A program made the translations under genes and the position numbers. From Escherichia phage EP1, in the sequence record OR892555.1: a stretch of DNA of 64,000 nucleotides; one strand, written 5' to 3'. Below are positions 1 to 9,393 of this stretch, in pieces. The first letter of the stretch is position 1. The number at the start of each line of letters is the position of its first letter. The notes below the pieces were generated by a model. That model was given only the letters and a program-made list of their open reading frames with translations. It searched no databases and had not been told where the DNA came from.

Positions 1-345
1 TGTGTAATCCATGTGTTCCCACAAACCCATTTGTTCCATCTTCATAACGAAGTTGAACAGTTGAGGAACTTTTGTGAAACCACCAAAAGCTTCTTTATAG
101 ATGATGCCAAGAAGTAAACGACCAGCCATATCAGAGTATTCTTGAGTCTGCTTATCAATACAAACGTCAATCATAGCTTGGTGCATCTCTTTGGTAGAGC
201 AACCTTCATAGACACGCTTCATAGCTTCCATAGTTACTTCTGACCAAATGATTCCTCGTTTGTCAGCCCATGAAGCCCATTTGTTTAAACGTTCTGGTTC
301 GAATGGTACGATTGTACCGTCAGATTTGCGAATGGTCTTAATCAT
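1..345 (-). CDS. nrdA: ribonucleotide reductase large subunit, N-terminal ATP-cone region (partial, gene runs off window start)
   Basis: Reverse translation from ATG at 343-345 reads MIKTIRKSDGTIVPFEPERLNKWASWADKRGIIWSEVTMEAMKRVYEGCSTKEMH, ATP-cone-like; absent from ORF track because truncated. Confidence 0.5.
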   Translation of the reverse strand, partial: MIKTIRKSDGTIVPFEPERLNKWASWADKRGIIWSEVTMEAMKRVYEGCSTKEMHQAMIDVCIDKQTQEYSDMAGRLLLGIIYKEAFGGFTKVPQLFNFVMKMEQMGLWEHMDYT

Positions 346-396
346 TATTTTAGAGTCCTACAGGTGAAAAGGGTCTCCGAAGAGACCCATTAGAGA

Positions 397-732
397 TTAA
401 ATGCTAAAGATTTGTTTATTTTGCCAAAGTTCATAGAACTTGTTAGAAACCTTGGTAAGTGAGGCTTTTGACATTGCGTTGAAGTACCACCAACGTTTAG
501 TTTCATCAAACAGTTTTTCAAGGTCTTCGTGCAGGTTGTCTTCCATTCGTGAAATAACAAAGTTACCACGCTTCTTACCAGTAACACGACCAAACTTGAT
601 ATCACTTCGTCCTTTACAATCTTCTGTGTACATCACTATGTCACCGAACCGTAAAGGTTTGTCAAACTTATCTACTCCAAGTTCAACGCCAGCTTTTACA
701 TCTTCAATTGTAAGATTGTTTGCTTTAGACAT
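397..732 (-). CDS. hypothetical protein (111 aa)
   Basis: ORF track; co-oriented and tightly packed with flanking genes. Confidence 0.4.
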   Translation of the reverse strand: MSKANNLTIEDVKAGVELGVDKFDKPLRFGDIVMYTEDCKGRSDIKFGRVTGKKRGNFVISRMEDNLHEDLEKLFDETKRWWYFNAMSKASLTKVSNKFYELWQNKQIFSI

Positions 733-1057
733 GATATTTATCCAAGTTTCGTTTCAGGTAAAGCCACCCATCATCAGTGCGTTCAACACCCATGAACAGT
801 GGAGCCGTTACAACCTTTCCAAACGTATTGCGATGCTGACAAATCTCATAAGAATACGTTTTCTCAATGTTCAGGCCATATTTGAAAAGAACTGCTTTCA
901 AGACCTGTTCATTATCCAGTAAAGTTTCTGGTGTCTCTCCATATTTTGCTAACAGTGAATCATTCATAAACACTGTCATAGAGAGATTGTAGTTTGAGAA
1001 ATGGCTCTTTGGAGCCACCTCTTCAGTATTAATGTTCTGTGAATCCATTATAACCAA
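725..1057 (-). CDS. hypothetical protein (110 aa)
   Basis: ORF track; short overlap with neighbours typical of phage operons. Confidence 0.4.
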   Translation of the reverse strand: MVIMDSQNINTEEVAPKSHFSNYNLSMTVFMNDSLLAKYGETPETLLDNEQVLKAVLFKYGLNIEKTYSYEICQHRNTFGKVVTAPLFMGVERTDDGWLYLKRNLDKYHV

Positions 1058-1784
1058 CCCCTTTTAACCAATTCTTCAGGTTATTTGCATCATAGTTCAG
1101 TTTCGGGTATGAGGTCACATGGAACTTCTCACCGTCATAGTAAACAATATCCGCAAGCCATAATCCGTTTTCTCGGCAGAAGTCTTTGTCTGCTTTTGAA
1201 CTGATTGGTCGAACTTCTGTGAAGTCACTCAATCCAAGGTCTTTCAAACTTCCTACAAGACCTTTACAGATAACGCATGTGTCAGATGTTACCACGAATA
1301 ATTCTTTGCTTTCAAGTTCCGCAATGAACTCTGCAAGCTGTACTTTAGGAAGATTAGACTGCTTCATAACCTTCTTATCAGACTCACGGATAATGGCGTA
1401 CCATTCTTTTCCATCAATCATTGAAGCACGTACATGACATTCATCACCAGTATACTTCTCGATATCTGCAAGACGCTTCAAAGCTTCTTCGTAGTTATCG
1501 GTATACTTCAGGTTGTTATTCTCACAGACTGCTTTCATAGCTCCGTCATGGTCATGCTGTGAAAGGTAAATCAGTCCATCAAGAACATACTGTAAATCCG
1601 CCTGAGCATCAAGAGCCTCAATAGGGTCTTTTTCATCAACAGCTTTTAAAAGCTCTTTGGCCTCTTCTAACATACAAAGTGCTTGACTACGCATTGAAGA
1701 CCAGTACTCAGGTGTATAAGGAGTCAACGGGGTATTACCACAACGCTGATTCCAAGTTAAAACGGATTCTCTGGAATTAAACAT
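1029..1784 (-). CDS. MazG-like NTP pyrophosphohydrolase domain fused to glutaredoxin-like CxxC domain (tentative)
   Basis: N-terminal all-alpha region with LEEAKELL and ADLQYVLDGL motifs; C-terminal FVVTSDTCVICKG thioredoxin-fold-like CxxC; sits next to nrdA. Confidence 0.4.
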   Translation of the reverse strand: MFNSRESVLTWNQRCGNTPLTPYTPEYWSSMRSQALCMLEEAKELLKAVDEKDPIEALDAQADLQYVLDGLIYLSQHDHDGAMKAVCENNNLKYTDNYEEALKRLADIEKYTGDECHVRASMIDGKEWYAIIRESDKKVMKQSNLPKVQLAEFIAELESKELFVVTSDTCVICKGLVGSLKDLGLSDFTEVRPISSKADKDFCRENGLWLADIVYYDGEKFHVTSYPKLNYDANNLKNWLKGVGYNGFTEH

Positions 1785-2011
1785 TAAACCTCCTGAAACA
1801 GTTTCTGCTGAGACTCAATATAATCCAGTCGGCCTTTCAGTTCAACACGTTTGTTAATCAGGTGCTGAATCTGGGACTCAAGAGCCTCCATTTCGGACTC
1901 CGTAGCTTCTTTAGCTTTGACAATTGCATCTTTCAGTGCTGCAATGTGGCTGTCAATTTTAGCTACGTGGTCATTATTAATTTTGTTAAATATCATCTTA
2001 TTCTCTCTCAT
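1784..2011 (-). CDS. hypothetical coiled-coil protein (75 aa)
   Basis: ORF track; heptad-like charged sequence. Confidence 0.35.
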   Translation of the reverse strand: MRENKMIFNKINNDHVAKIDSHIAALKDAIVKAKEATESEMEALESQIQHLINKRVELKGRLDYIESQQKLFQEV

Positions 2012-2498
2012 TAAGTTTCATGATTTTATGGATTCTCTTCTCAGCATCTTCATAAGTCTCTTTAGTCAGAAACTTGATTGCTGCAATGTTTGCATTGTAG
2101 AAGAGTCGAAGCTTGGAGTCAATCCTTTTTGTCATGACGTCAAACTTATGTTGAAGGTTAGCTTCTCCGTAGACCAAACCACCTCGCGTATAATAAGTTT
2201 GCACAATATAGAAGTCAAACTCTTTTTCACAGAAAGTTTCAATATCTTTCTTAATATACTCAGAAGAGGTCTGGTAAACCATCCAGTCACTCTCTTTTGT
2301 CACAATCTTACGTCTGGTCTTCCCAGCTACTTTCTTCTTGGTGACATTATTAAACTGCTTCTTACCAATGTAATACTGTCCAGTCTTTTTGCAGTACACT
2401 AAGTAAACGAAACCAAAATACTTAGCGGGGTCAATCTCCCCGCACAGTGAAATCCAATGTCCATATTCATGGCAATTGCCAAAACCTTTAATCTTCAT
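1998..2498 (-). CDS. GIY-YIG family endonuclease (homing endonuclease-like)
   Basis: FVYLVYCKKTGQYYIGKK matches the GIY-(10-11 aa)-YIG motif near the N-terminus. Confidence 0.55.
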   Translation of the reverse strand: MKIKGFGNCHEYGHWISLCGEIDPAKYFGFVYLVYCKKTGQYYIGKKQFNNVTKKKVAGKTRRKIVTKESDWMVYQTSSEYIKKDIETFCEKEFDFYIVQTYYTRGGLVYGEANLQHKFDVMTKRIDSKLRLFYNANIAAIKFLTKETYEDAEKRIHKIMKLNERE

Positions 2499-3528
2499 TC
2501 ATAACAGGCTCCCAACCATATTTAGCAAAGGTGAAATCGTCTTTAGGGTTACGCTCTTGATAGGCAATCCAGAAGTGCTGGTGCATCAGTTCAAGAGGTG
2601 TTTTTGTAATCACCTGACCATCCCACGATTCATAAGTGTATGACTCTTTCTTAGCGTAGAGTCCATAGATAGCATCAAGACACTCTTTATAGGTCTCTTT
2701 ACCTTCCAGAGCGTTCATTACAGCAACTTTCCCTGCACCCTTAAGGCCAAAGTAGTTATCTGCGTTATCTCCTGCTACAGCTTGATAGCAGAGGAATTTA
2801 AAGCCTACACCAACAGTCTTTTTAGCTTTTGGCTTAGACTTGATAGGGCAATCCCAAATATCACCTACATTGCCATCTGCAATGAAAATCAGAGGGGCTT
2901 TCTCGTAAGTCATATCAATACAGTAAGTTCCTTCCGCTTGGCGAAGGTCTTTGTCAATGCTCATAAGAGCAGCCTTCTTACCCATCTTCTCAGCTTTTGC
3001 AATAACAATGGAGTCAGCTTCAAAGCCACCTTTGAGAAGCTTAAACTCAGGTCGTGACAGAAGATACTCACGACAAGCAACTAAATGCGTAGGGGTTACT
3101 GATTCTTTACGGTTACCTTGATACTGGTGTTCAAGACCTTTAATGTCTTTGTGTTTGTGTACACCTTTTTCAGTAAGGTATCCCATCCAAGTTCGCTCTT
3201 TACCAACAACCTTCAACCATTCCTGAAGAACTTGCTGAGTTGCCATAATAGCTTCTTTTTCACTCTTAGCTTCTTTCCAAGACTGTCTTTCCCATTCATC
3301 TTCATCGAATGCAAGACCAAGTTCCTCTGTCAGAACTCTCTGGTCAGATAGCCATTGATTAGCATCTTTAGCACTCTCAAAAGCATCAGACTCTTCAGCA
3401 GTGAGTTTATTCACATACTTGTACTTTGCTTTCTCAACGACACAGGCTCCCTTGTAAGCGATACTGTCAGAGTCAATAAAGACATGTGTCACAGTATCTG
3501 GGAGTTTTGTTAATGTGTACTTTTCCAT
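2488..3528 (-). CDS. 5'-3' exonuclease / RNase H (FEN family)
   Basis: Acidic clusters FIDSDSIAY, FEADSIVIAKAE, MSIDKDLRQ and GDNADNYFGLKGAGK resemble T4 RNase H/FEN active-site and H3TH regions; 346 aa. Confidence 0.6.
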   Translation of the reverse strand: MEKYTLTKLPDTVTHVFIDSDSIAYKGACVVEKAKYKYVNKLTAEESDAFESAKDANQWLSDQRVLTEELGLAFDEDEWERQSWKEAKSEKEAIMATQQVLQEWLKVVGKERTWMGYLTEKGVHKHKDIKGLEHQYQGNRKESVTPTHLVACREYLLSRPEFKLLKGGFEADSIVIAKAEKMGKKAALMSIDKDLRQAEGTYCIDMTYEKAPLIFIADGNVGDIWDCPIKSKPKAKKTVGVGFKFLCYQAVAGDNADNYFGLKGAGKVAVMNALEGKETYKECLDAIYGLYAKKESYTYESWDGQVITKTPLELMHQHFWIAYQERNPKDDFTFAKYGWEPVMNED

Positions 3529-3540
3529 TTATATCTCCAA

Positions 3541-3573
3541 TACGAAAAAGCCCCATACTAAGTACAGGGCTTT
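3541..3573 (-). terminator. rho-independent terminator downstream of the SSB-like gene
   Basis: Minus-strand hairpin AGCCC/GGGCT (3549-3571) followed by U-run (plus-strand AAAAA at 3544-3548). Confidence 0.5.
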
Positions 3574-3590
3574 GTAGTAACTACTGAGAA

Positions 3591-4445
3591 TTAATCTTCA
3601 GTATCAAAATCTTCTTCTTCGTCGTCATCTGGGTCTGGCATCTCTTCGTCGTCGTCGTCGTCAGAGTTAGTATCTTCAGAATCCTTCGCATCTTCTTCGG
3701 TAATTTCACCGTTATCTTCAACGCCATCCAGACCAAGCAGAGCCAGTTCATCTTCATCCAGTTCAGGCTCACCGTTACCACCTGTACCACCAGTGTACGG
3801 AACCAGAGTATCAATGATAAACTGTTCCTGAATCGGCTTAGTCAGAACGTTGCTTTCAAAAGTGTAGAAGTGAGTTGCAAGAATCACACTACCAAATGAA
3901 CCGTTACCTACTGCGATATCTGGGTGAATAATGTCATAAGTTTTGTCGTCATCGTGTTTATCAGAATGTTGAGCCTTGATTTTCTTCATCGGCTGTTTAA
4001 CTGCAACACGCTTACCGTTAACCTCTTCAATCAGCATAACAGGGAATGACTGTTTCGCTGTCCAGACCGCACCATCTTTATAAGCAGCAGCGCGACTTAC
4101 TTTCAGAATGTGATAAGTGTCTGCTTCGAATGGTGGTTTGCAACCAAACTTCTCTTCGAAGTCATCTGCATCAACCGCTTCAGTTGTAACTTTATCCCAA
4201 CCATCAGGATTCTTTTTAGACTTGGTGAACTCTTTAAAGAGTTTGTTACCGTCTTTTGCCAGAATCGAAACGCTGTAGTTACAGTCCTTGCCTGGGAATT
4301 TCTTATCAACTGACTTACCTTTTCCCGGACGTGGGATAGTGTTCAGGTAGTAGAACCAAACATCTTTCAGCAAATAACGCAGAGTCTGACGTTCAGTACC
4401 GTTGTATTTTTCTACCGGAGATTTCATTTTAACAACTTTAGACAT
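3591..4445 (-). CDS. single-stranded DNA-binding protein (T7 gp2.5-like, acidic C-terminal tail), tentative
   Basis: Start moved to MSKVVK (RBS AAGAGGA upstream); strongly acidic C-terminus ending DFDTED; lies between exonuclease and primase-helicase. Confidence 0.45.
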   Translation of the reverse strand: MSKVVKMKSPVEKYNGTERQTLRYLLKDVWFYYLNTIPRPGKGKSVDKKFPGKDCNYSVSILAKDGNKLFKEFTKSKKNPDGWDKVTTEAVDADDFEEKFGCKPPFEADTYHILKVSRAAAYKDGAVWTAKQSFPVMLIEEVNGKRVAVKQPMKKIKAQHSDKHDDDKTYDIIHPDIAVGNGSFGSVILATHFYTFESNVLTKPIQEQFIIDTLVPYTGGTGGNGEPELDEDELALLGLDGVEDNGEITEEDAKDSEDTNSDDDDDEEMPDPDDDEEEDFDTED

Positions 4446-4664
4446 TCTTAAATCCTCTTTCTCAAAATTATTTCTTTCAAACTTGAAGGAGTACAATCTT
4501 ACAGACTTCATACTCCCTTGTCAAACACTTTTAAGCAGATTTTTTAGCTGCTTTACGTGCTGTCTTACCAGTGCGAACACGTTTTGCTTCATAGTGTGCA
4601 GCAGATTTACCAGCAGTTGCTTTCAGTGAATCGCCAAATACTTTTTCAAACGCTTTAGAATGTT

Positions 4665-4961
4665 TCATACAACTCTCCGATAAATTTCGTATTCAAATGT
4701 TTTGTCAGTTAACCTAAACATATAGCCAGTATCGTTGTCAATAGAAACTAAGATTCCATCAATGACACTCTCAAGTTCTCTATATCCTAACTCAACCGTA
4801 TGTCCTTTGTTAATGAGTACTTTACAGAAATTGTCTATACGAGTCAAGCACTCTTTTTTAAATTTTACTGAATTTGTTTCTTCATAGAATGGCGTAAAAC
4901 CCTCCTTAAGATACGCATCAGTCAGTTTCAAACGGGCAGTCATCGTCTTCTCCATCTTCAT
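4665..4961 (-). CDS. hypothetical protein (98 aa)
   Basis: ORF track. Confidence 0.4.
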   Translation of the reverse strand: MKMEKTMTARLKLTDAYLKEGFTPFYEETNSVKFKKECLTRIDNFCKVLINKGHTVELGYRELESVIDGILVSIDNDTGYMFRLTDKTFEYEIYRRVV

Positions 4962-6915
4962 TTAACACTGGTGGAATGGTAGAACTTTGACGTTGCTCTT
5001 GAGTGTAAACCTCTCCAGTCTCACGGTCAAAGTCTTCGTCATCATAATGTGGCATAGAGTCATCATAGTGGTCATCGGCTTCACCAATACCAAACTGCTG
5101 ACGAATATTCTCTGCTGCACCATCAATATCAACACCGCTACCAGCAGCCTTGATAAGACGGCCTGTATCTGGATTATACCAAGTGTGACCAGCAATACCA
5201 GTTGACTTACCATGACGACGGCATTTAGTTAACTTGATTTTTGTCAAGTTTTTCTTAACAGGGTCTGGGTCAACCTTGTTACGCATTAACAGAATGTTGT
5301 TCATGGAAATCTGGAAGTATGCACCAGAACCCTTGATATCCTCTTCAGAAATATCACCACCTTCAGAGTTAGCTTTCTGACCGCCTGCACTCTTACGAAC
5401 GTGGCAGACGTTTACCTGTGCATATTGGTAACGCTTGCAACGACGCAACAGTTCAGACAAGACTTCTTCTTCATCCGTATCAGAACGTGACAGAGCCAGT
5501 GTGATAGGGTCAAGAATGATAATCTTACAGTCTAAGCTGTTAACCAGATAGTCAACAAACTCTAACAGGTTATCTTGGTCGATTGCCCCTTGGTGGTCAA
5601 CGATATGGATACGACGACCAGCAGACAACTCATCATGTGCAACCTTGATTTCATCCCAATTACGTTCATCGTAAGGAATCTCTGAAATCTGTTTACTCAA
5701 GTGAATTGCACAAAGCATCTCCATTAACTCTTCATAAGTATCTTCTACAGGAATCACGCCAATATTGTAATCAGTTTCCTTCCAAGCAGTGTAAATCATT
5801 TCACGGGTGTAAGCTGATTTACCTACTGAAGATGGTGCTGCCAGAGTTGTAATCTCCCCTAAACCGTAACCACCATAAGTCAGCCTGTTCAAGTCTCCAA
5901 AAGATTCTGGGAATGGAATCAGTGGAATCTGACCACGATTCTTCATTGCATCAAAACCATCTGCGAAGTTCTTGATACCAGCAGGGCAGTAACGAGGTGC
6001 ATTATAGATACGCTGTTTAAAACCTTCCAGTACTGTATCTTTCTCTTTGTAAAACTTAGTCCACCACTCATTCAGGTCTTTGACACCTTCTGGATACTGA
6101 AATAAGCGAACCTTCTCAATCGGAAGAATACCAGCAGCCTCTTTAGTGGCTTTTGCACCTGCTTCATCGTTATCAAAGCACAGGTAAATCTCATCAAACG
6201 ATGTGATGTACTGATAGTTGTCTTTGATAGACTTAATGTTTGCACCTGATGGAACAGATACGTGACAGTAATTCTTACGACGAGACTTGTCTTTGATTGC
6301 CAGAGAAGTCATGTAGATTGCTGTAGCACATTCCATCTCACCTTCCCAGATGAATAGACGGTTGCCACCTTCTGGAGCAATCCATGAACCGAACATTGCC
6401 AGTTCACCTTTAATATCCCCTACACCACCTGAGAAGTCTTTAAGCTTACCACGAAGATGCTCTTTCGGATGGTCTTCTGGGTAACGGTGACGAACACGAT
6501 AACCTACATGTTCAAGTTTTCCATTTTCATCTTTCTTGTAAGTTGGGTAAAAGTGTGCATCAATCTCACCTTCACCATCTACATCAACCTTTATTCCAAG
6601 ACGGTCGAGAACCTTTGCAGGAATCTTACGGTCTTTCAAATCCATCGCTTCAAGGTTATCTTTTACATCGTCTAAATCCATACCACGGAAAGTACGATTT
6701 TTATTGTCTGAACCAGTAGAATAAGTACTCACAATTTGCCCTTTATCAAAATCCCACTCTGGAAAACCCTTGTTGCAACTAAAGCAAGTCATCGAATAAG
6801 AATCATCGTCATGATGATAGATTGAACCAGCATCTGATGAACCACACTTAGGGCAAGCACAATGACCAACAAACTGACCAGCTTCCTTCAATTTACGACC
6901 TTTAGACATTAGCAC
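4918..6915 (-). CDS. bifunctional DNA primase-helicase (T7 gp4-like)
   Basis: N-terminal Cys4 zinc ribbon (CPKCGSSD...CFSCNKG), TOPRIM-like FDNDEAGAKA, Walker A GLGEITTLAAPSSVGKSAY; 665 aa. Confidence 0.75.
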   Translation of the reverse strand: MLMSKGRKLKEAGQFVGHCACPKCGSSDAGSIYHHDDDSYSMTCFSCNKGFPEWDFDKGQIVSTYSTGSDNKNRTFRGMDLDDVKDNLEAMDLKDRKIPAKVLDRLGIKVDVDGEGEIDAHFYPTYKKDENGKLEHVGYRVRHRYPEDHPKEHLRGKLKDFSGGVGDIKGELAMFGSWIAPEGGNRLFIWEGEMECATAIYMTSLAIKDKSRRKNYCHVSVPSGANIKSIKDNYQYITSFDEIYLCFDNDEAGAKATKEAAGILPIEKVRLFQYPEGVKDLNEWWTKFYKEKDTVLEGFKQRIYNAPRYCPAGIKNFADGFDAMKNRGQIPLIPFPESFGDLNRLTYGGYGLGEITTLAAPSSVGKSAYTREMIYTAWKETDYNIGVIPVEDTYEELMEMLCAIHLSKQISEIPYDERNWDEIKVAHDELSAGRRIHIVDHQGAIDQDNLLEFVDYLVNSLDCKIIILDPITLALSRSDTDEEEVLSELLRRCKRYQYAQVNVCHVRKSAGGQKANSEGGDISEEDIKGSGAYFQISMNNILLMRNKVDPDPVKKNLTKIKLTKCRRHGKSTGIAGHTWYNPDTGRLIKAAGSGVDIDGAAENIRQQFGIGEADDHYDDSMPHYDDEDFDRETGEVYTQEQRQSSTIPPVLNEDGEDDDCPFETD

Positions 6916-7099
6916 CTCTGCGTTGTAGTTCTGCTTTTAAGCCATTTTCAATCTTGTCTAGCTCGTGAATCTCTTCTGCAATCTCTTTCCGTCTTGAAGC
7001 TACCCTTTCAAGTCGCTCCATCATAACTTCTTTGGAAAGAGATGAGAGTTCAACCGAACGATGGTCAATAACTTCTAAATTATTTACTCTCATCTTCAT
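6902..7099 (-). CDS. hypothetical coiled-coil protein (65 aa)
   Basis: ORF track. Confidence 0.35.
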   Translation of the reverse strand: MKMRVNNLEVIDHRSVELSSLSKEVMMERLERVASRRKEIAEEIHELDKIENGLKAELQRRGANV

Positions 7100-7104
7100 C
7101 TCTC

Positions 7105-7848
7105 TTATTTAATGATAATAGTTTTCAGCTTATTTTCGAGGTCTTCAAGACTACCATTGTTTTGAATAATGTCACGTTCAAATTTGGTAGAAATCCCATT
7201 TTCTGATTTATGTGATGAAACCTTAACCAGATTGTCTCTTTTTACCTCAATGATTTGGCTATCAAAAGACTTTAAGAACTCTGCTTCGTGGTCAAAACGT
7301 AAGTCACTAATCAGTGCAATACCATACTGGTTAGCTTTTGAGCATGATTCAAAGAACCTTTCCATCCTTTCTGCAAGGTCACGAATCCAGAACTTCTCTC
7401 CAAGAACTTTCCTGATAACTTCAGTTCCCCAGATTTGTTGAATCTGACGTGAAGAGAACTTGTAGGTTTTGCTAAGTCCCATTCTGGTTAGTAGAGTCGG
7501 TTTAGCAACCTTCTTCAGCTCCATGATTAAGCGTCCAGTTAGTTCACCACATAACTTGACGTCAAGATGCAAGTTTTTGTGCGGGAATACCTGTTCAAGT
7601 GACCATTGAACTGCAAAGTACAGGTCAGAGAATCTTAAGTTGAACTTTTGAGGTGTCTCTTTAGTTTCACCATATAAATCATTCCAGTCAAGACCAAAGA
7701 TGTATGCAGCAGATTCTTTTAAACTGTCTGCAAAAGCAAAGATGTGAACGTTGTAACCTTCTTCTTCTTGAAGAAAGTTCTTGGTCAACATGCAGGAAGT
7801 GTCCTTACCAGAACGAGCCTTTCCAGTAAATGCAATAATACTTTTCAT
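7105..7848 (-). CDS. P-loop kinase, deoxynucleoside monophosphate kinase-like
   Basis: N-terminal FTGKARSGKDT P-loop resembling phage dNMP kinases. Confidence 0.5.
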   Translation of the reverse strand: MKSIIAFTGKARSGKDTSCMLTKNFLQEEEGYNVHIFAFADSLKESAAYIFGLDWNDLYGETKETPQKFNLRFSDLYFAVQWSLEQVFPHKNLHLDVKLCGELTGRLIMELKKVAKPTLLTRMGLSKTYKFSSRQIQQIWGTEVIRKVLGEKFWIRDLAERMERFFESCSKANQYGIALISDLRFDHEAEFLKSFDSQIIEVKRDNLVKVSSHKSENGISTKFERDIIQNNGSLEDLENKLKTIIIK

Positions 7849-7862
7849 ATACCATTATCTCC

Positions 7863-7895
7863 ATACGAAAAAGCCCCCAATTAAGGAGGCTTTGG
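7863..7895 (-). terminator. rho-independent terminator
   Basis: Minus-strand hairpin AAAGCC/GGCTTT then U-run; shares CCATACGAAAAAGCCCC core with the terminator at 3541. Confidence 0.5.
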
Positions 7896-7908
7896 GAAAA
7901 CAATTCTA

Positions 7909-8712
7909 TTAGTGAATATGTGTAGAATCAAGCTTTTCTTTTTCAGACAGAGCCTGAATAGTTGCTACAAACTCGTCACCAAAGTTGATGGCAATCTTAT
8001 CTTGAAGTACTGCCGCACCAGTTTGCATGATAACTTCACGAAGTGCTTCACCACTTACGTTACCAGCAATCTGCTCTACAAACTCAATAGGTGCATCAAT
8101 CAAACCTGCAACTTCGAACAGGGCGTGAATACTCATAACAGTGATGATTGAAGGAACCAGAGCAGTCAGTTTGACTTGAATCTCATCAAGGCCACGTTCA
8201 GCTTCGTTGCCAACAATCTCTTGGAGTTGCTCTTTGGTTAACTTCACCATTTCCTGTGAACGCTCAAAGATATCTGCAAAACCCCAATCCAGTTTTTCAT
8301 AACGTGGAAGTTTCTCTTGAACACGCTTCTCAAGTACAGCCATCACACTTGCAATGGAGTTGATAATCAGGTTGAATGTGTCATCTTCAGTGAATTCAAG
8401 CAGTGCTTCTTTCTCTTCTTCAGAGAGAACTTTGTAGTCACCAGTTTGCATCTTGTCAAAGATGTAGCCTGTAAAGGCATCCACACCAACAGCTACTGAA
8501 GCAAGAGCAAGTTGACGGTTATTCAGAAGCAGTTCAACCTGTGAGCGAAATGCTGACTCATCAGAGATTTCTGCATTAGCCTGATAAGATTCAGGAGTTG
8601 CTTGTGAACTGAAGGTATTGCTACGCATGACAATAGCAAGGCTTTCAACAGTGTTCAGCATAAAGTTGCTATCAATACCTTTAGAGGCCAGCATTTCATT
8701 TACAGTAGTCAT
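7909..8712 (-). CDS. hypothetical protein (267 aa)
   Basis: ORF track; function not recognisable by eye. Confidence 0.45.
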   Translation of the reverse strand: MTTVNEMLASKGIDSNFMLNTVESLAIVMRSNTFSSQATPESYQANAEISDESAFRSQVELLLNNRQLALASVAVGVDAFTGYIFDKMQTGDYKVLSEEEKEALLEFTEDDTFNLIINSIASVMAVLEKRVQEKLPRYEKLDWGFADIFERSQEMVKLTKEQLQEIVGNEAERGLDEIQVKLTALVPSIITVMSIHALFEVAGLIDAPIEFVEQIAGNVSGEALREVIMQTGAAVLQDKIAINFGDEFVATIQALSEKEKLDSTHIH

Positions 8713-8713
8713 A

Positions 8714-9136
8714 TTAACTCTCTCTCATTTTGTTAAGTGTTTGTCGTGATAACTTTAAGCTTTCTGTAGAGGAAAAGTCAAGAACTTTTTCAGACCTTGG
8801 GAAGTAGTGTCTATCCCATGAACTTTCTACATCGCTAATCAGTGTTGTTAGGTTATCTAAGTCTGTTCCGTTTTGCAACTTCTTTTTTAAAGAATCTATC
8901 AAGAAGAGTGTATCTTTTGCTTTACGCCTCTCAGCAGATATCTCCTTCATATGCTCAAAGACTGAACATTTCATTCTTTCATCGTAACCTTCGGAGAGTT
9001 CAATCTCATGTTGAACATCAACCATTCGACGATGATGGTAAGCGTACTCCTTTTGAGCAGCAATGTCAAGTTCTTCCAACTTTTTTAAAGCTCTCATGAA
9101 GTCAGCTATGTCTGGGTGAACAAACATTCTCTGCAT
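8714..9136 (-). CDS. hypothetical protein (140 aa)
   Basis: ORF track. Confidence 0.4.
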   Translation of the reverse strand: MQRMFVHPDIADFMRALKKLEELDIAAQKEYAYHHRRMVDVQHEIELSEGYDERMKCSVFEHMKEISAERRKAKDTLFLIDSLKKKLQNGTDLDNLTTLISDVESSWDRHYFPRSEKVLDFSSTESLKLSRQTLNKMRES

Positions 9137-9312
9137 AATGCCCTCTTTTAAGTACCTATTAAACTTAATCTGTTTTCTTTACGTATTCTATACGTATAAC
9201 TTTAAAGCTTCTTAAAAGCTATTAAAAATCTTTTAAGGGTTTTTAAAGAAACTGTATAGTTAATCTGTAAAGGGAGTCTTTTAAGTTAAAACCCACTCCG
9301 CAAGATTAACAC

Positions 9313-9333
9313 CTTGTCAAGTGAATTGTCAAC
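9313..9333 (+). promoter_or_regulatory. conserved 21-bp element CTTGTCAAGTGAATTGTCAAC (tandem TTGTCAA half-sites) upstream of the polymerase operon
   Basis: Near-identical copy (18/21) at 50938-50958 upstream of another plus-strand gene block. Confidence 0.4.
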
Positions 9334-9393
9334 TTGCTTTTTTAAACTTTTTGCAGTAATGTATTGAGTCAATGATTTTGAGAGGGAGTAAAA

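Noticed and set aside
3591-4511. Longer ORF-track start (MKSVRLYSF...) for the SSB-like gene
   Set aside because: The upstream ATG has no RBS, whereas the internal MSKVVK start is preceded by AAGAGGA; the shorter form was chosen.
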